DNA of 64,000 bases from UHGV virus genome UHGV-0084588. One strand, written 5' to 3'. The notes under the pieces are model-generated. The model searched no databases, had not been told where the DNA came from, and saw only the letters and a program-made list of their open reading frames with translations. The stretch is from a virus. A program made the translations under genes and the position numbers. Below, piece after piece: positions 9,064 through 18,019 of this stretch (its first letter is position 1; each line of letters starts with the position of its first letter).

Positions 9064-9606
9064 ATGAAAATACTTATCGATTTCTCACTCAGCGAGTCAC
9101 GGGACAAATTAAACAAGGTGTTAAGTGAAATGCGTAGTCGTGTTGCGTTTGAATTACACGATGCAATAGCAGTGCATGAGAACAAGATTTCTGAAGAACA
9201 CGATGGTGCTGATATTACTATCCTGGATTCAGAAGAGATGGTGAATAACCTCGTTGAGCAGTTAGTGATAAAAATCAGTTCGGCCATGACATACCCGCAT
9301 TTAGTGCAGGTAACTGATCCCGATACCGATATTCGCCTGATTCTTGAGAAAGCCTTTCTACATGCCGCGCATTACTTACAGAATAATGCTCCAGATACCC
9401 TCGACGAAGTGTACGTCGCAATATTGCAGCGCCAATCTTCAACGACGGATATAATAGACACAACATGTTGGAGCGATATTCTTACCAACGAAACGATGTC
9501 CCGTATCCGGGATATTTTCCTTGAGACACTCGGGTTAGTTGAGAAAATCTGTCATGCTGAGCTCATCTACCTATCGTCAAAATACGGACAACCTAAAGGA
9601 GTATAA
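9064..9606 (+). CDS. hypothetical protein
   Basis: 180-aa ORF tightly packed after the upstream gene. Confidence 0.5.
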   Translation: MKILIDFSLSESRDKLNKVLSEMRSRVAFELHDAIAVHENKISEEHDGADITILDSEEMVNNLVEQLVIKISSAMTYPHLVQVTDPDTDIRLILEKAFLHAAHYLQNNAPDTLDEVYVAILQRQSSTTDIIDTTCWSDILTNETMSRIRDIFLETLGLVEKICHAELIYLSSKYGQPKGV

Positions 9607-9608
9607 CC

Positions 9609-10133
9609 GTGGATATTTTAATTCAGCTTCGTAAGAAAACAACCATTGCCACGCCGATAGCGTTAGAGGAGAAAATCTCTGGCGCGGTTGCACGCAAGCT
9701 CTGTGGTGCCCACGGCTTTAGCGACCATCAGGAGCGGGTCGTTACTGCCGCCACATTACACAACTTACGACACACAGTTCATTACTGTTTAGTTGACAAC
9801 GTCACCATCACTCTTGATGATAACGTAAAGGTCGACCAACTGCGACGCGAAATTGTCCACAAGATCGAGTCTTACAATAGACGTTTCGATCGGGCGTGTG
9901 CGCGTTTAACTGATGACGAGGCTCTACGAAAACGTTTGAAACTTGAAATTGAGTATGCGGCGCAACGTTACGGGATTGGCGGTACCGAACCGTGTCTGAC
10001 TGAACAAGAAATCACGTTAGCAATCGAGGTTTATACCACTCTCTGCTGCGTCATCCTAAAAGAGACCAACCACGAAATTACAAAAGCGTTGTTAAACACC
10101 GCAGACAAACTCTCCCCAATTTTAGGACAATAA
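9609..10133 (+). CDS. hypothetical protein
   Basis: 174-aa ORF with GTG start preceded by AAGGAG. Confidence 0.45.
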   Translation: MDILIQLRKKTTIATPIALEEKISGAVARKLCGAHGFSDHQERVVTAATLHNLRHTVHYCLVDNVTITLDDNVKVDQLRREIVHKIESYNRRFDRACARLTDDEALRKRLKLEIEYAAQRYGIGGTEPCLTEQEITLAIEVYTTLCCVILKETNHEITKALLNTADKLSPILGQ

Positions 10134-10134
10134 A

Positions 10135-10620
10135 ATGAACGTAAATGCAATTATCAATCTCTCTAATAGCGACATTGTCCACGAGTTTCTGAACCACTGC
10201 GATCGCACAGAACAGTCTATCCGTAACTTGTTAGCTCCGAAAACAGTGGATGCCATTTGGATAGCTTCACAGGCAGCGGGCGTTATCGTTGCAAGATATC
10301 GCGCGACATTGCTAATGAATCTGGACAATTTCTTCGATCAGCCAGGGCTTATTACATGGACTTCTATCGGGCGTCGGTTTTACGACATCCGTATCGAAAC
10401 CCTACGCTCGATAATTAATGGCTGGCACAACGGGTATATGCCTGACGTAACAGTACCCTACACTGCTCCCGAATGGCGACGCTTTTATAGTCAGATATGG
10501 AGTAATGAAAGCGTTTATCATGAAATAGTGGCACTTATCAGTGCCGACCAAAGCCAACTTGCATACCAGCTATGGGAGTGGCTAAAAGCTAATTATCCTG
10601 ATTACGTCAAAATCGACTAA
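10135..10620 (+). CDS. hypothetical protein
   Basis: 161-aa ORF; start 2 nt after the upstream stop. Confidence 0.5.
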   Translation: MNVNAIINLSNSDIVHEFLNHCDRTEQSIRNLLAPKTVDAIWIASQAAGVIVARYRATLLMNLDNFFDQPGLITWTSIGRRFYDIRIETLRSIINGWHNGYMPDVTVPYTAPEWRRFYSQIWSNESVYHEIVALISADQSQLAYQLWEWLKANYPDYVKID

Positions 10621-10626
10621 CACCCA

Positions 10627-10657
10627 CCCTAGCTTCGGCTAGGGTAACTTTATTTTT
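10627..10657 (+). terminator. intrinsic terminator
   Basis: CCCTAGC-ttcg-GCTAGGG hairpin followed by TAACTTTATTTTT. Confidence 0.5.
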
Positions 10658-10679
10658 AACCATTTTAGGAGAATATGCC

Positions 10680-11606
10680 ATGTATTTGTACAAAAGTAAA
10701 AAAGTAAAAGGTATTAAAGACTGCCTTAGACAAATGGGGAGTCAGCATCTAGAAAATGTCATGGAAGAAAATCAAACAAAAGAAAATCCCGTCTCGAAGT
10801 GGATAAAAAAGAATCGTAAGCATTTAACTAATGCCTTTATACCCTACGACGCTGAGTTAGGCCTCAAAGATCCCCGTTCTCTTCACGCTCAAACATTGGC
10901 AATTGGATGGCTATACGGTGGTGCTTCCTTAATATCCGATCGAGCACTTAGAGAACTTGTTTTCGAGACTGAGATGCCCAGTAAATTCCCTGAAGAGTGG
11001 TTAGACTTTATACCTACTTGGACTGTAGCAATCGATGTAGGTAAAGAAGATGAGACTTTCTTTCTCGGTTATCGAAAAAATAGGAATAGAAGGTTTATTA
11101 TAATCGCTACAAATACTGATTACGGGTTAACAGAAGGCGTTACCACGATCGCCACCTGCTCGTTAGAGATATGTAGTGTTGGAAACGGGCTTGTTGAAAT
11201 CGATTATACGACTGGCGTACAGACCGAACAAGAGAAGACGTTATGGTTATCACTGGCTAAGACCGCCATATCGTTGATATTTCTCTGTACGCTAATCCCG
11301 CCTAATCTCAGAGGGTCTTTCAATGACATTAAGTTCAAAGAAATCAAAAAGAATGGTAGCATAAGTCACGAAATCAAACCTCGTGAACGTGACGTTAAAA
11401 TAGACATCACGCCAGGACAAGTGAAATATCTAAAGGGATTTAACACCGACTTGAAAACCATGGAAGGTATCAAACACGCCAAGGCTGCACATATTCGTCG
11501 CGCACACTGGCGCAGATATTGGGTCGGTCCAAGAGATGGGGAAAGGAAGAGAAAACTTTACTGGATTCCGCCTACATTTGTCCGTGGCTACGTACCCCAC
11601 AATTAA
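10680..11606 (+). CDS. hypothetical protein, paralog family with C-terminal AHIRRAHWRRYW motif
   Basis: 308-aa ORF; RBS TAGGAGAAT; C-terminus KAAHIRRAHWRRYWVGP...WIPPTFVRGY. Confidence 0.55.
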   Translation: MYLYKSKKVKGIKDCLRQMGSQHLENVMEENQTKENPVSKWIKKNRKHLTNAFIPYDAELGLKDPRSLHAQTLAIGWLYGGASLISDRALRELVFETEMPSKFPEEWLDFIPTWTVAIDVGKEDETFFLGYRKNRNRRFIIIATNTDYGLTEGVTTIATCSLEICSVGNGLVEIDYTTGVQTEQEKTLWLSLAKTAISLIFLCTLIPPNLRGSFNDIKFKEIKKNGSISHEIKPRERDVKIDITPGQVKYLKGFNTDLKTMEGIKHAKAAHIRRAHWRRYWVGPRDGERKRKLYWIPPTFVRGYVPHN

Positions 11607-11631
11607 GCTAAAAGTGTTTAGGAGCATTAAA

Positions 11632-12531
11632 ATGATAGCGAATAATAGACTTTACGGGAAAGCGCTAAGACGCATGAGCGAACAGATAGAAAAAGCGCAC
11701 CAAACAATTCACGGATTAGACCAGTGCCGTTTTATTCGGTTCATTAACGAGCATAAACGACAAATACCCGTAACGTTTATGCCAGTTAAAGATCCGACTT
11801 ATCGAGAGTATGGTGTTACAGAACAGATTCCTAGACTGATTAAACAGTCCCTGGGTCTAGGGTGGCAATACGCTGCTGTTGAAATCATCTCGGATGAAGA
11901 ACTGATGGCGCTCTTAGCAAAAACTGAGAGACTAAAAAATATCCCGTACTTCTGGATAGAAACCATCCCTTCATTTACTTTCTCGGTTACCGTAAATCTC
12001 GACGAAAGCCCAATCACGTTATTTATCGGAAGACGTCTTTACGAAGGCGAAGAAGTTCTCTTTGTGATGTCATGCGAAGAACGTGAAGAATCGGTATACA
12101 TGGAGTTTGAGATTTACAAAATCGATAAAAGCGAAGATGATTTCGTCGAGCTAAAACCGCTCCTTACTTCGGTTAAAGAGAATCAACGACTACTCGACGC
12201 CGTCTACATCGGGCTATATCTTTCGTCACGAATTAAACGTACTGAACGTGAGAAGAAAGAATTTCGTGGAAGAACGATTCGTTATGTTCCTGATACAGAG
12301 ATTCGCCCACGTAGTGAAGCAGTCGTTTTAGACGTAAGTCCGGTACAATGGGAAGATATAGAGCAGCAACGCAAGGAAGGACACGAGGTTTGTTTGGCAA
12401 TTTATTGCGCAGCACATATCCGTCGTGCTCATTGGAAGCGTGTATGGTGTGGTAAAATGTCAGAAATGCGCTGGCGCGAATGGCGATGGATAGCGCCAAG
12501 CTACATCTCTGGATTTTATCGTGGGAAATAA
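11632..12531 (+). CDS. hypothetical protein, paralog of the upstream gene
   Basis: ATG at 11632 after TAGGAGCATTAAA preferred over the longer track ORF; C-terminus CAAHIRRAHWKRVWCG...WIAPSYISGFY. Confidence 0.55.
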   Translation: MIANNRLYGKALRRMSEQIEKAHQTIHGLDQCRFIRFINEHKRQIPVTFMPVKDPTYREYGVTEQIPRLIKQSLGLGWQYAAVEIISDEELMALLAKTERLKNIPYFWIETIPSFTFSVTVNLDESPITLFIGRRLYEGEEVLFVMSCEEREESVYMEFEIYKIDKSEDDFVELKPLLTSVKENQRLLDAVYIGLYLSSRIKRTEREKKEFRGRTIRYVPDTEIRPRSEAVVLDVSPVQWEDIEQQRKEGHEVCLAIYCAAHIRRAHWKRVWCGKMSEMRWREWRWIAPSYISGFYRGK

Positions 12532-12539
12532 ATAGTTTA

Positions 12540-12586
12540 CCCCTAGACCGTGTGGTCTAGGGGTAGCTTTACTTTTTTATTTTTTG
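12540..12586. terminator. intrinsic terminator at the end of the plus-strand gene block
   Basis: CCCCTAGACC-gtgt-GGTCTAGGGG hairpin followed by a long T-tract that runs into the 3' end of the minus-strand gene. Confidence 0.55.
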
Positions 12587-13332
12587 TTTGCCTTAAGCGC
12601 TTTTAAGCGTTCGGCAGTAACGTTCAGGCATTCGATTAATTCGTTAACCTGTTTCATGAACAAACCAAACAGCTCCACCCAATCGGAAGCAAAATCTAAC
12701 ATCATCGTCAGTTCTTTTGCTACATTCGGATGAATGTTTTGTTCGGACAAGATTTCTGACGTAGTGCGAATAGACTCGATTGACTTGTCGATGTTTGTCC
12801 GTAGACGTTTTGTGATTTCAACGTTCAGTGCCTTAGCGCGATTGAACGCAACATCAATTTCGGACGCGCTGTGATACGTCTTCTCAATTGGTCGCTGGTC
12901 GATAACGTTGTTAGTGTACGATTTCGCTAACAAGTTAACCAGATCTTTCGGGTTAACGTTACGTAAAGGTATATTAACATTTTTGTAACGGAAACCAATC
13001 GGTAATGACAGTACACCCACATCATGTGTAAGGGCCGAAAGTTGTTTATCGACCGGCAACAGAATACCCGTATAAATGTTTTGCAGTGAACTCCATACGG
13101 ATTCTAAGCGGTTCAAATGATCCATCACGTAGGTATTAAACCCAGGTGGAACGATAACCAACATTCCCGCAAAGTGAAGGAATTTTTCTTGTTGCATCCA
13201 CTTGGAAACGTCCGACATCTCGTCATAAGTGGTTAATGCAATCTCTTGTTGAGGGCCACTAAAGCCTTTCGGTAAGATTGCAGACGCTTTAGCGGCGAAG
13301 CTAGATAACGCTGCAAGTGGATTTACATTCAT
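12577..13332 (-). CDS. hypothetical protein
   Basis: 251-aa ORF; the only minus-strand gene between two plus-strand blocks. Confidence 0.5.
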   Translation of the reverse strand: MNVNPLAALSSFAAKASAILPKGFSGPQQEIALTTYDEMSDVSKWMQQEKFLHFAGMLVIVPPGFNTYVMDHLNRLESVWSSLQNIYTGILLPVDKQLSALTHDVGVLSLPIGFRYKNVNIPLRNVNPKDLVNLLAKSYTNNVIDQRPIEKTYHSASEIDVAFNRAKALNVEITKRLRTNIDKSIESIRTTSEILSEQNIHPNVAKELTMMLDFASDWVELFGLFMKQVNELIECLNVTAERLKALKANKK

Positions 13333-13430
13333 TCTAAAACCTCGGATTATAAGTCAGGGTTACATAGTAAAGTCTTTTTACAGTTCACCCAAACCTTATG
13401 ACCGAGACAATTCCATAAAGGTAAAGCTCG

Positions 13431-13730
13431 ATGAAAATCAAATTACTGACTCGAAACACCACACCGCGTTTAGAACCGGAAATTTATCTGACCCCAGTTA
13501 AAAAAGGTCAGAACGGTAAACCTATTCAAGTTGGAAAAGTCTTGAGCGTAACGTCGTGCCCGAGCGGTAAACGTGTTATGGAACTGGAAATTGACGAGCG
13601 TAACAAACGCCGTTTCGAGTCTATTGAAAACCCTTATCCTGAAAATGTGGAAGAAGTTACTGAGTGGGTAGAGACCTACTTTGAATTCTGGCACAACCGC
13701 CGTCTCCTTCTTCCGACCAAGAATCGTTAA
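13431..13730 (+). CDS. hypothetical protein
   Basis: 99-aa ORF at the start of a plus-strand block. Confidence 0.4.
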   Translation: MKIKLLTRNTTPRLEPEIYLTPVKKGQNGKPIQVGKVLSVTSCPSGKRVMELEIDERNKRRFESIENPYPENVEEVTEWVETYFEFWHNRRLLLPTKNR

Positions 13731-13745
13731 TTATCGGAGCGCTAA

Positions 13746-15242
13746 ATGGCAGGCCCAACTAAACAAGTTATCGGTGAAGTAATTCGTCCACGTTTTAACG
13801 TTTACACCATCATGGATCATGCCTTAGGTAACTACGAAAAAGGTGAAGATGGTTTGTACTACCTTAACGGTGGTTTTGCCCACATCATGGGTTTCGCAGG
13901 TCGCGGTAACACTTTTAAATCCACCTTGTTAGATTTCTGTATTTTCCAAATCCTGCAACGTTATAAAGCAGAGTGGGGTTCTAAGTACGATACAGAAGTG
14001 TCAGCCGCCCTCGATCGTTTAGAAACTGGGTACATCTCTGCCATGAACGCTAACGGTATCGACGACGGAACGTCCGTACTGGAGCTTATCCACGAAGGTC
14101 GATATAACCTGGTCGGTTCTGACGTAATGCCTGGGGAACAGTATTACAGTGATTATATTCGCGATGAAGTTGAAAAACGCTTCAAGCAGTATATGTCTGG
14201 TAAAACCCGCGTAACGCCGTTCCCCGATCCGGTTCGTCGTAAGTTAAAAGAAATCCTGGACCCCTGGCTTTATTCTATCGATTCCCTGTCAGAGTGGCAT
14301 TCCAGTTCGCTGGAAGACAAACACGCAAAAACGGATATTGGGGATTCTGATCAGAACATCCTCAACGCCCACGATGCCCTGCAAAAGTCGAACATGATGA
14401 GCCGCTGGCCGTCTGCGTTTGCACGCGGTGGTTTTTACATGGGCTTCGTGGCACAGATGGCCGATGACTCTGGGAAAGCGATGGCAGGTGGCCGTCAGGC
14501 ACAAAAAGCAAATGCGAAAATTCTTGACGATGCCAACGACGATTTAAAATTCGCAGGTATTCCTCGCCGTCAGCTTAGCTTTTTAACAAACTCTTTTATC
14601 GTCGCGACGAAATCAGGGGAACTGAAGAAAGACCAGAGCTATAACGCGCAGACGGGTGTTAACGAAGAACTTTATCCGACGTCACGCTCTAAGGCGATGA
14701 ATGCTTCGGTAAACGACTTGAAGATTATCACCTTTACTCAGTATCGTGCGAAGGGTGGTCACACTGGTGTGAAATTCCAGATGATCTTCTCTCAGGAAAT
14801 GGGTCTGTTATATCACCTGAGCCTGTGGCACTATTTAAGCGACACACTGAAGAAGTCAGACTTTGGTTTCACGTCAAGCGGTAGTGGCGGCTCCATCAAA
14901 GAACTGGACATTCTACCTGGTGTGAAATTCCAACGCACGACAATCCGTGATATGATTTCTGATAACGCACGCTTACGTCGCGCTTTAGAAATCACGGCGG
15001 CAATCGCGTATATGCAAAACAACTACCATCGTCTTGAAATGAAGTATCATCTCAGCATGGGTGAGATTTACAAACTGATTGACGAGAAGTGGGACTGGAA
15101 TGAAATTCTGGACAACACGGTAGAATACTGGATGTTTAAAGACCAGGAAACCAAAGGCGGTAAACGCACACTGACTGCACGTACTATTCTGGGTATGGCT
15201 GTCGATGGACTAGAACCGAAGTTCCTGACGAAAAAGAAATAA
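13746..15242 (+). CDS. possible RecA/UvsX-family recombinase
   Basis: Non-canonical Walker A-like GRGNTFKST, similar to the UvsX-type motif as I recall it, and Walker B-like LYSIDSLSE; RBS GGAG 8 nt upstream. Confidence 0.4.
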   Translation: MAGPTKQVIGEVIRPRFNVYTIMDHALGNYEKGEDGLYYLNGGFAHIMGFAGRGNTFKSTLLDFCIFQILQRYKAEWGSKYDTEVSAALDRLETGYISAMNANGIDDGTSVLELIHEGRYNLVGSDVMPGEQYYSDYIRDEVEKRFKQYMSGKTRVTPFPDPVRRKLKEILDPWLYSIDSLSEWHSSSLEDKHAKTDIGDSDQNILNAHDALQKSNMMSRWPSAFARGGFYMGFVAQMADDSGKAMAGGRQAQKANAKILDDANDDLKFAGIPRRQLSFLTNSFIVATKSGELKKDQSYNAQTGVNEELYPTSRSKAMNASVNDLKIITFTQYRAKGGHTGVKFQMIFSQEMGLLYHLSLWHYLSDTLKKSDFGFTSSGSGGSIKELDILPGVKFQRTTIRDMISDNARLRRALEITAAIAYMQNNYHRLEMKYHLSMGEIYKLIDEKWDWNEILDNTVEYWMFKDQETKGGKRTLTARTILGMAVDGLEPKFLTKKK

Positions 15243-15286
15243 ATGGGCTCGGGTAGGGATTACCCTACCCGACCTAAGGAGTCATC

Positions 15287-15586
15287 ATGCGTTATCAAAC
15301 GGAGATTGTGGAACGCTTAAGTGAAGGATTGGCAAGTGTTAATTTAGAAACAGCGGCCGAATTTCGTGAAGCCTTCACTCTTCCGTTTCCCGATCTGGAA
15401 TCCTTTTGTTTAAAGGTCGCTGAGTATTACTCGAATCTATTAGTACGTTACGGGTATGCGCCAGTACGTTCCGAACTTCCTGAAAACACGGAAGCTATCA
15501 GCTACTGGATTGACCTGCTTGAAGCAGAAACGTTATCCAATCTACGTAAGGCGGTAGACAATGAAACTCGAACCAGCGCGGCGTAA
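15287..15586 (+). CDS. hypothetical acidic protein
   Basis: 99-aa ORF; RBS TAAGGAG immediately after a hairpin. Confidence 0.4.
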   Translation: MRYQTEIVERLSEGLASVNLETAAEFREAFTLPFPDLESFCLKVAEYYSNLLVRYGYAPVRSELPENTEAISYWIDLLEAETLSNLRKAVDNETRTSAA

Positions 15587-16229
15587 GAAGGCGGAAGCCT
15601 ACGCCTTACAAATCTTAAAGTTGGTAGACCCTTCTGGCATTAATGCCGAAGCCGCGAAGAAAGCCTTCGCACGAATGACCGACGAACAGTTTAACCGACT
15701 TCGTAACGGTTTACCTATTTACAACCCGGTGGGAAGTAAAGTCGAAATTGACCACCTGCGCAATATCGAGGTGTGCAAAATCCTAGGGGTAAACCTGGAG
15801 CAACGGTTGTGGCTAACAGAACCAAAAACAGGTGTTTATCACCGTACTCGTTACCCTCACTTGGTCTTACGCTTGCCTGTCCGTCGTCAGACGCAGATGC
15901 AAGAAAAGAAAATGGCGGTTGCGAAGAACGACAAAGTTCGCGATAAACTCTCCGGTCAAGTTGTCGGTCCTTCCAAAGCATCCGGGGTCTCCTTCCCAGA
16001 AGCATACATCATGTATTCCGATGGTCACGACTGGACACTGAAAGAGTTCTTGTGGGCGCGTGGTGGTAACGACGCACTACAACGTGCTTTCTATCAGTCG
16101 CTGCGCCAAACCGGTAAAGGACGTATCGATTTGCCTGGAGCGGAGCGAACGAGTTCTAAAGCAACACGGACGTGGTCAGCGTACCTCAAAGCGATGCATA
16201 TCGGTAACAACATAGGCCATCCGTCATGA
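15561..16229 (+). CDS. hypothetical protein
   Basis: 222-aa ORF overlapping the upstream gene by 26 nt in another frame. Confidence 0.45.
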   Translation: MKLEPARRKKAEAYALQILKLVDPSGINAEAAKKAFARMTDEQFNRLRNGLPIYNPVGSKVEIDHLRNIEVCKILGVNLEQRLWLTEPKTGVYHRTRYPHLVLRLPVRRQTQMQEKKMAVAKNDKVRDKLSGQVVGPSKASGVSFPEAYIMYSDGHDWTLKEFLWARGGNDALQRAFYQSLRQTGKGRIDLPGAERTSSKATRTWSAYLKAMHIGNNIGHPS

Positions 16230-16948
16230 GATTATCTCGACGTTTCTTAATCGATATTGATACGCTATTTGATACGCGTTTAGGTTGGGTAAAAGCCATT
16301 AAGCCTGAAAGCTTAGCCTTACTAGACTACGATGTTTATCGGCGTCGCTATACAGAAGCATGGGCGGGTGTACTCGGGTTTGAAAAATGGGATGAAGAGT
16401 GGCGGAAGCGGGATAAGCGCGCATTGATTAATGCGCAGCCTACTGAATTATTGGCAACGATGAAAAACGAATTCGAGTGTATGATGCTTGAAATCGAAAT
16501 GCATTCGCCAATTGAAAAACCTACTCTGACCATCAATACATGGCCTTATACGGATTTAACAGGCGAAGAACTTCAAGCCTTTTTGAATCTGTTTCGGATG
16601 TATTACAATAACGTACAAGTCGAATTGGTGTCTTGGTCGTTAGAAGACCTCACACCGGGGAGATTATCATTGGCGTGGGATTGCTGGATAATGTACGATT
16701 GGTTCGAGTGGATTAAGCTTAACGCTTCGCACTTGAAAAAACCGATTCCAAGCTTTACCATCACACACCCTGCCATGCTCACACCAGAATTGACCGGCGT
16801 GTTGGTTGAACAAATCAAACAAGACGGCGTTAACCCGTTTAAGGAACATATCCGGTTTATGGCAGAGTGGGTCGGTGTCGACCCACGGGATGCTGCTTTA
16901 TTTAGTCTTGCTCGTCCTGTTCAGGACGTGCAAACGCCGCCATCATAA
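16226..16948 (+). CDS. hypothetical protein
   Basis: 240-aa ORF with ATGA start-stop overlap to the upstream gene. Confidence 0.5.
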   Translation: MRLSRRFLIDIDTLFDTRLGWVKAIKPESLALLDYDVYRRRYTEAWAGVLGFEKWDEEWRKRDKRALINAQPTELLATMKNEFECMMLEIEMHSPIEKPTLTINTWPYTDLTGEELQAFLNLFRMYYNNVQVELVSWSLEDLTPGRLSLAWDCWIMYDWFEWIKLNASHLKKPIPSFTITHPAMLTPELTGVLVEQIKQDGVNPFKEHIRFMAEWVGVDPRDAALFSLARPVQDVQTPPS

Positions 16949-17366
16949 TGGACTTAACATCGATTTGTTCACCTACTGGTGCCAGCTCCCCTTCTGTTAC
17001 CTCAACATTGGGAATAGCAGGAACGGGGGGCTGGTAGCCCTGGGTTTCTTCGATTTCCTCATCATGACGTCGTATTTTGATATTACCACGTTGCATGAGG
17101 ATGCTATTAAGTGCATTCGCCAAATCTTGGTTAGCTTCGCTGTTTTTCTGTGCAGCGGCGACACGACGTTTGGAAATGATTTGTTTATCAACGTCGTTAA
17201 GCAAAGACCCTAGACGGTCTACCGTTTTCAAGTCTTTGTGTGCTTGTGGATCGTCTAAGATGAGGTTCACAATCCGTACACGGGCTTGTTGCGTTTGGCG
17301 GAGAAGCGATTCTTCGTCGTCCACATCTCCATCAAACGCCTGATATTTCACTTCTTCGTCAGCCAT
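16902..17366 (-). CDS. hypothetical protein with strongly acidic termini
   Basis: 154-aa ORF; RBS GAGGTAG on the minus strand; N-terminus MADEEVKYQAFDGDVDDEE, C-terminus PEQDEQD; 3' end overlaps the convergent upstream gene. Confidence 0.45.
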   Translation of the reverse strand: MADEEVKYQAFDGDVDDEESLLRQTQQARVRIVNLILDDPQAHKDLKTVDRLGSLLNDVDKQIISKRRVAAAQKNSEANQDLANALNSILMQRGNIKIRRHDEEIEETQGYQPPVPAIPNVEVTEGELAPVGEQIDVKSIMMAAFARPEQDEQD

Positions 17367-17397
17367 TCTTACTACCTCAATTTCAAAAAGAAGTCAG

Positions 17398-17420
17398 ACA
17401 GATATTATCTACGTGAGACA
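17398..17420 (+). promoter_or_regulatory. candidate phage promoter motif GACAGATATTATCT-ACGTGAGAC
   Basis: Near match to 8284-8302 and 62141-62163; 18 nt upstream of the 17438 start codon. Confidence 0.3.
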
Positions 17421-17437
17421 TTCTTTAGGAGTGAATT

Positions 17438-17986
17438 ATGTTAACAGGAATAATAACTCGTTTTAAACAACGGTTAGAGAATAATCGTTTAAAAGCCCTC
17501 AGAGAGTCTCTGAAGCAGGAGTTCCATAAGAACACCCACAACCCCTATGTCAGAGTCTTTACCGGCTTACAATTGCTTACGTTGCCTTTAAACATAAATG
17601 AAGAACCCTTTCGCCCCAGCCTTCGTGGCTTCCTCGAATTGCGTGTTAATAACATTGATCTTGTTTATCAACGTTTAGCATTTCTCATTAACGAATACCA
17701 ACGAGCAATTAACAGGAGTTCAATTGAATGGCTACCATTGCCCGATGCTTTAAATAAACGAAACGACTTGGCAGAATACCGATGGCTAGACACTTATTTT
17801 GGGACGTCCAGTCCTGAGGTTGCCGCTTATAAATTGGGTAAATTACTCGCGCTAATTCAACCCTATGAATCGGCGTTCCTTAAACCGGAGTCCGACGAAG
17901 ACAAAGCGTTGGTAAACCAAACAGCGCATTTATTCCGGGAGTTGGAAACACTGATCGAACACTACCTTTTAGAACGCCCTATTTAA
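17438..17986 (+). CDS. hypothetical protein
   Basis: 182-aa ORF; RBS TAGGAGTGAATTATG. Confidence 0.5.
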   Translation: MLTGIITRFKQRLENNRLKALRESLKQEFHKNTHNPYVRVFTGLQLLTLPLNINEEPFRPSLRGFLELRVNNIDLVYQRLAFLINEYQRAINRSSIEWLPLPDALNKRNDLAEYRWLDTYFGTSSPEVAAYKLGKLLALIQPYESAFLKPESDEDKALVNQTAHLFRELETLIEHYLLERPI

Positions 17987-18019
17987 CAAACCAGTAACCC
18001 CTTGTAACAAGGTGATGTG

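Noticed and set aside
11536-11631. Longer track version of the second paralog starting at 11536 and overlapping the upstream gene by 71 nt
   Set aside because: An ATG at 11632 with a well-spaced ribosome-binding site gives a non-overlapping gene; the upstream extension is probably not translated.
13746-15242. Canonical P-loop NTPase or helicase assignment for the 498-aa protein
   Set aside because: The segment GRGNTFKST does not fit the GxxxxGK[ST] consensus, so only a tentative UvsX-like call was made.
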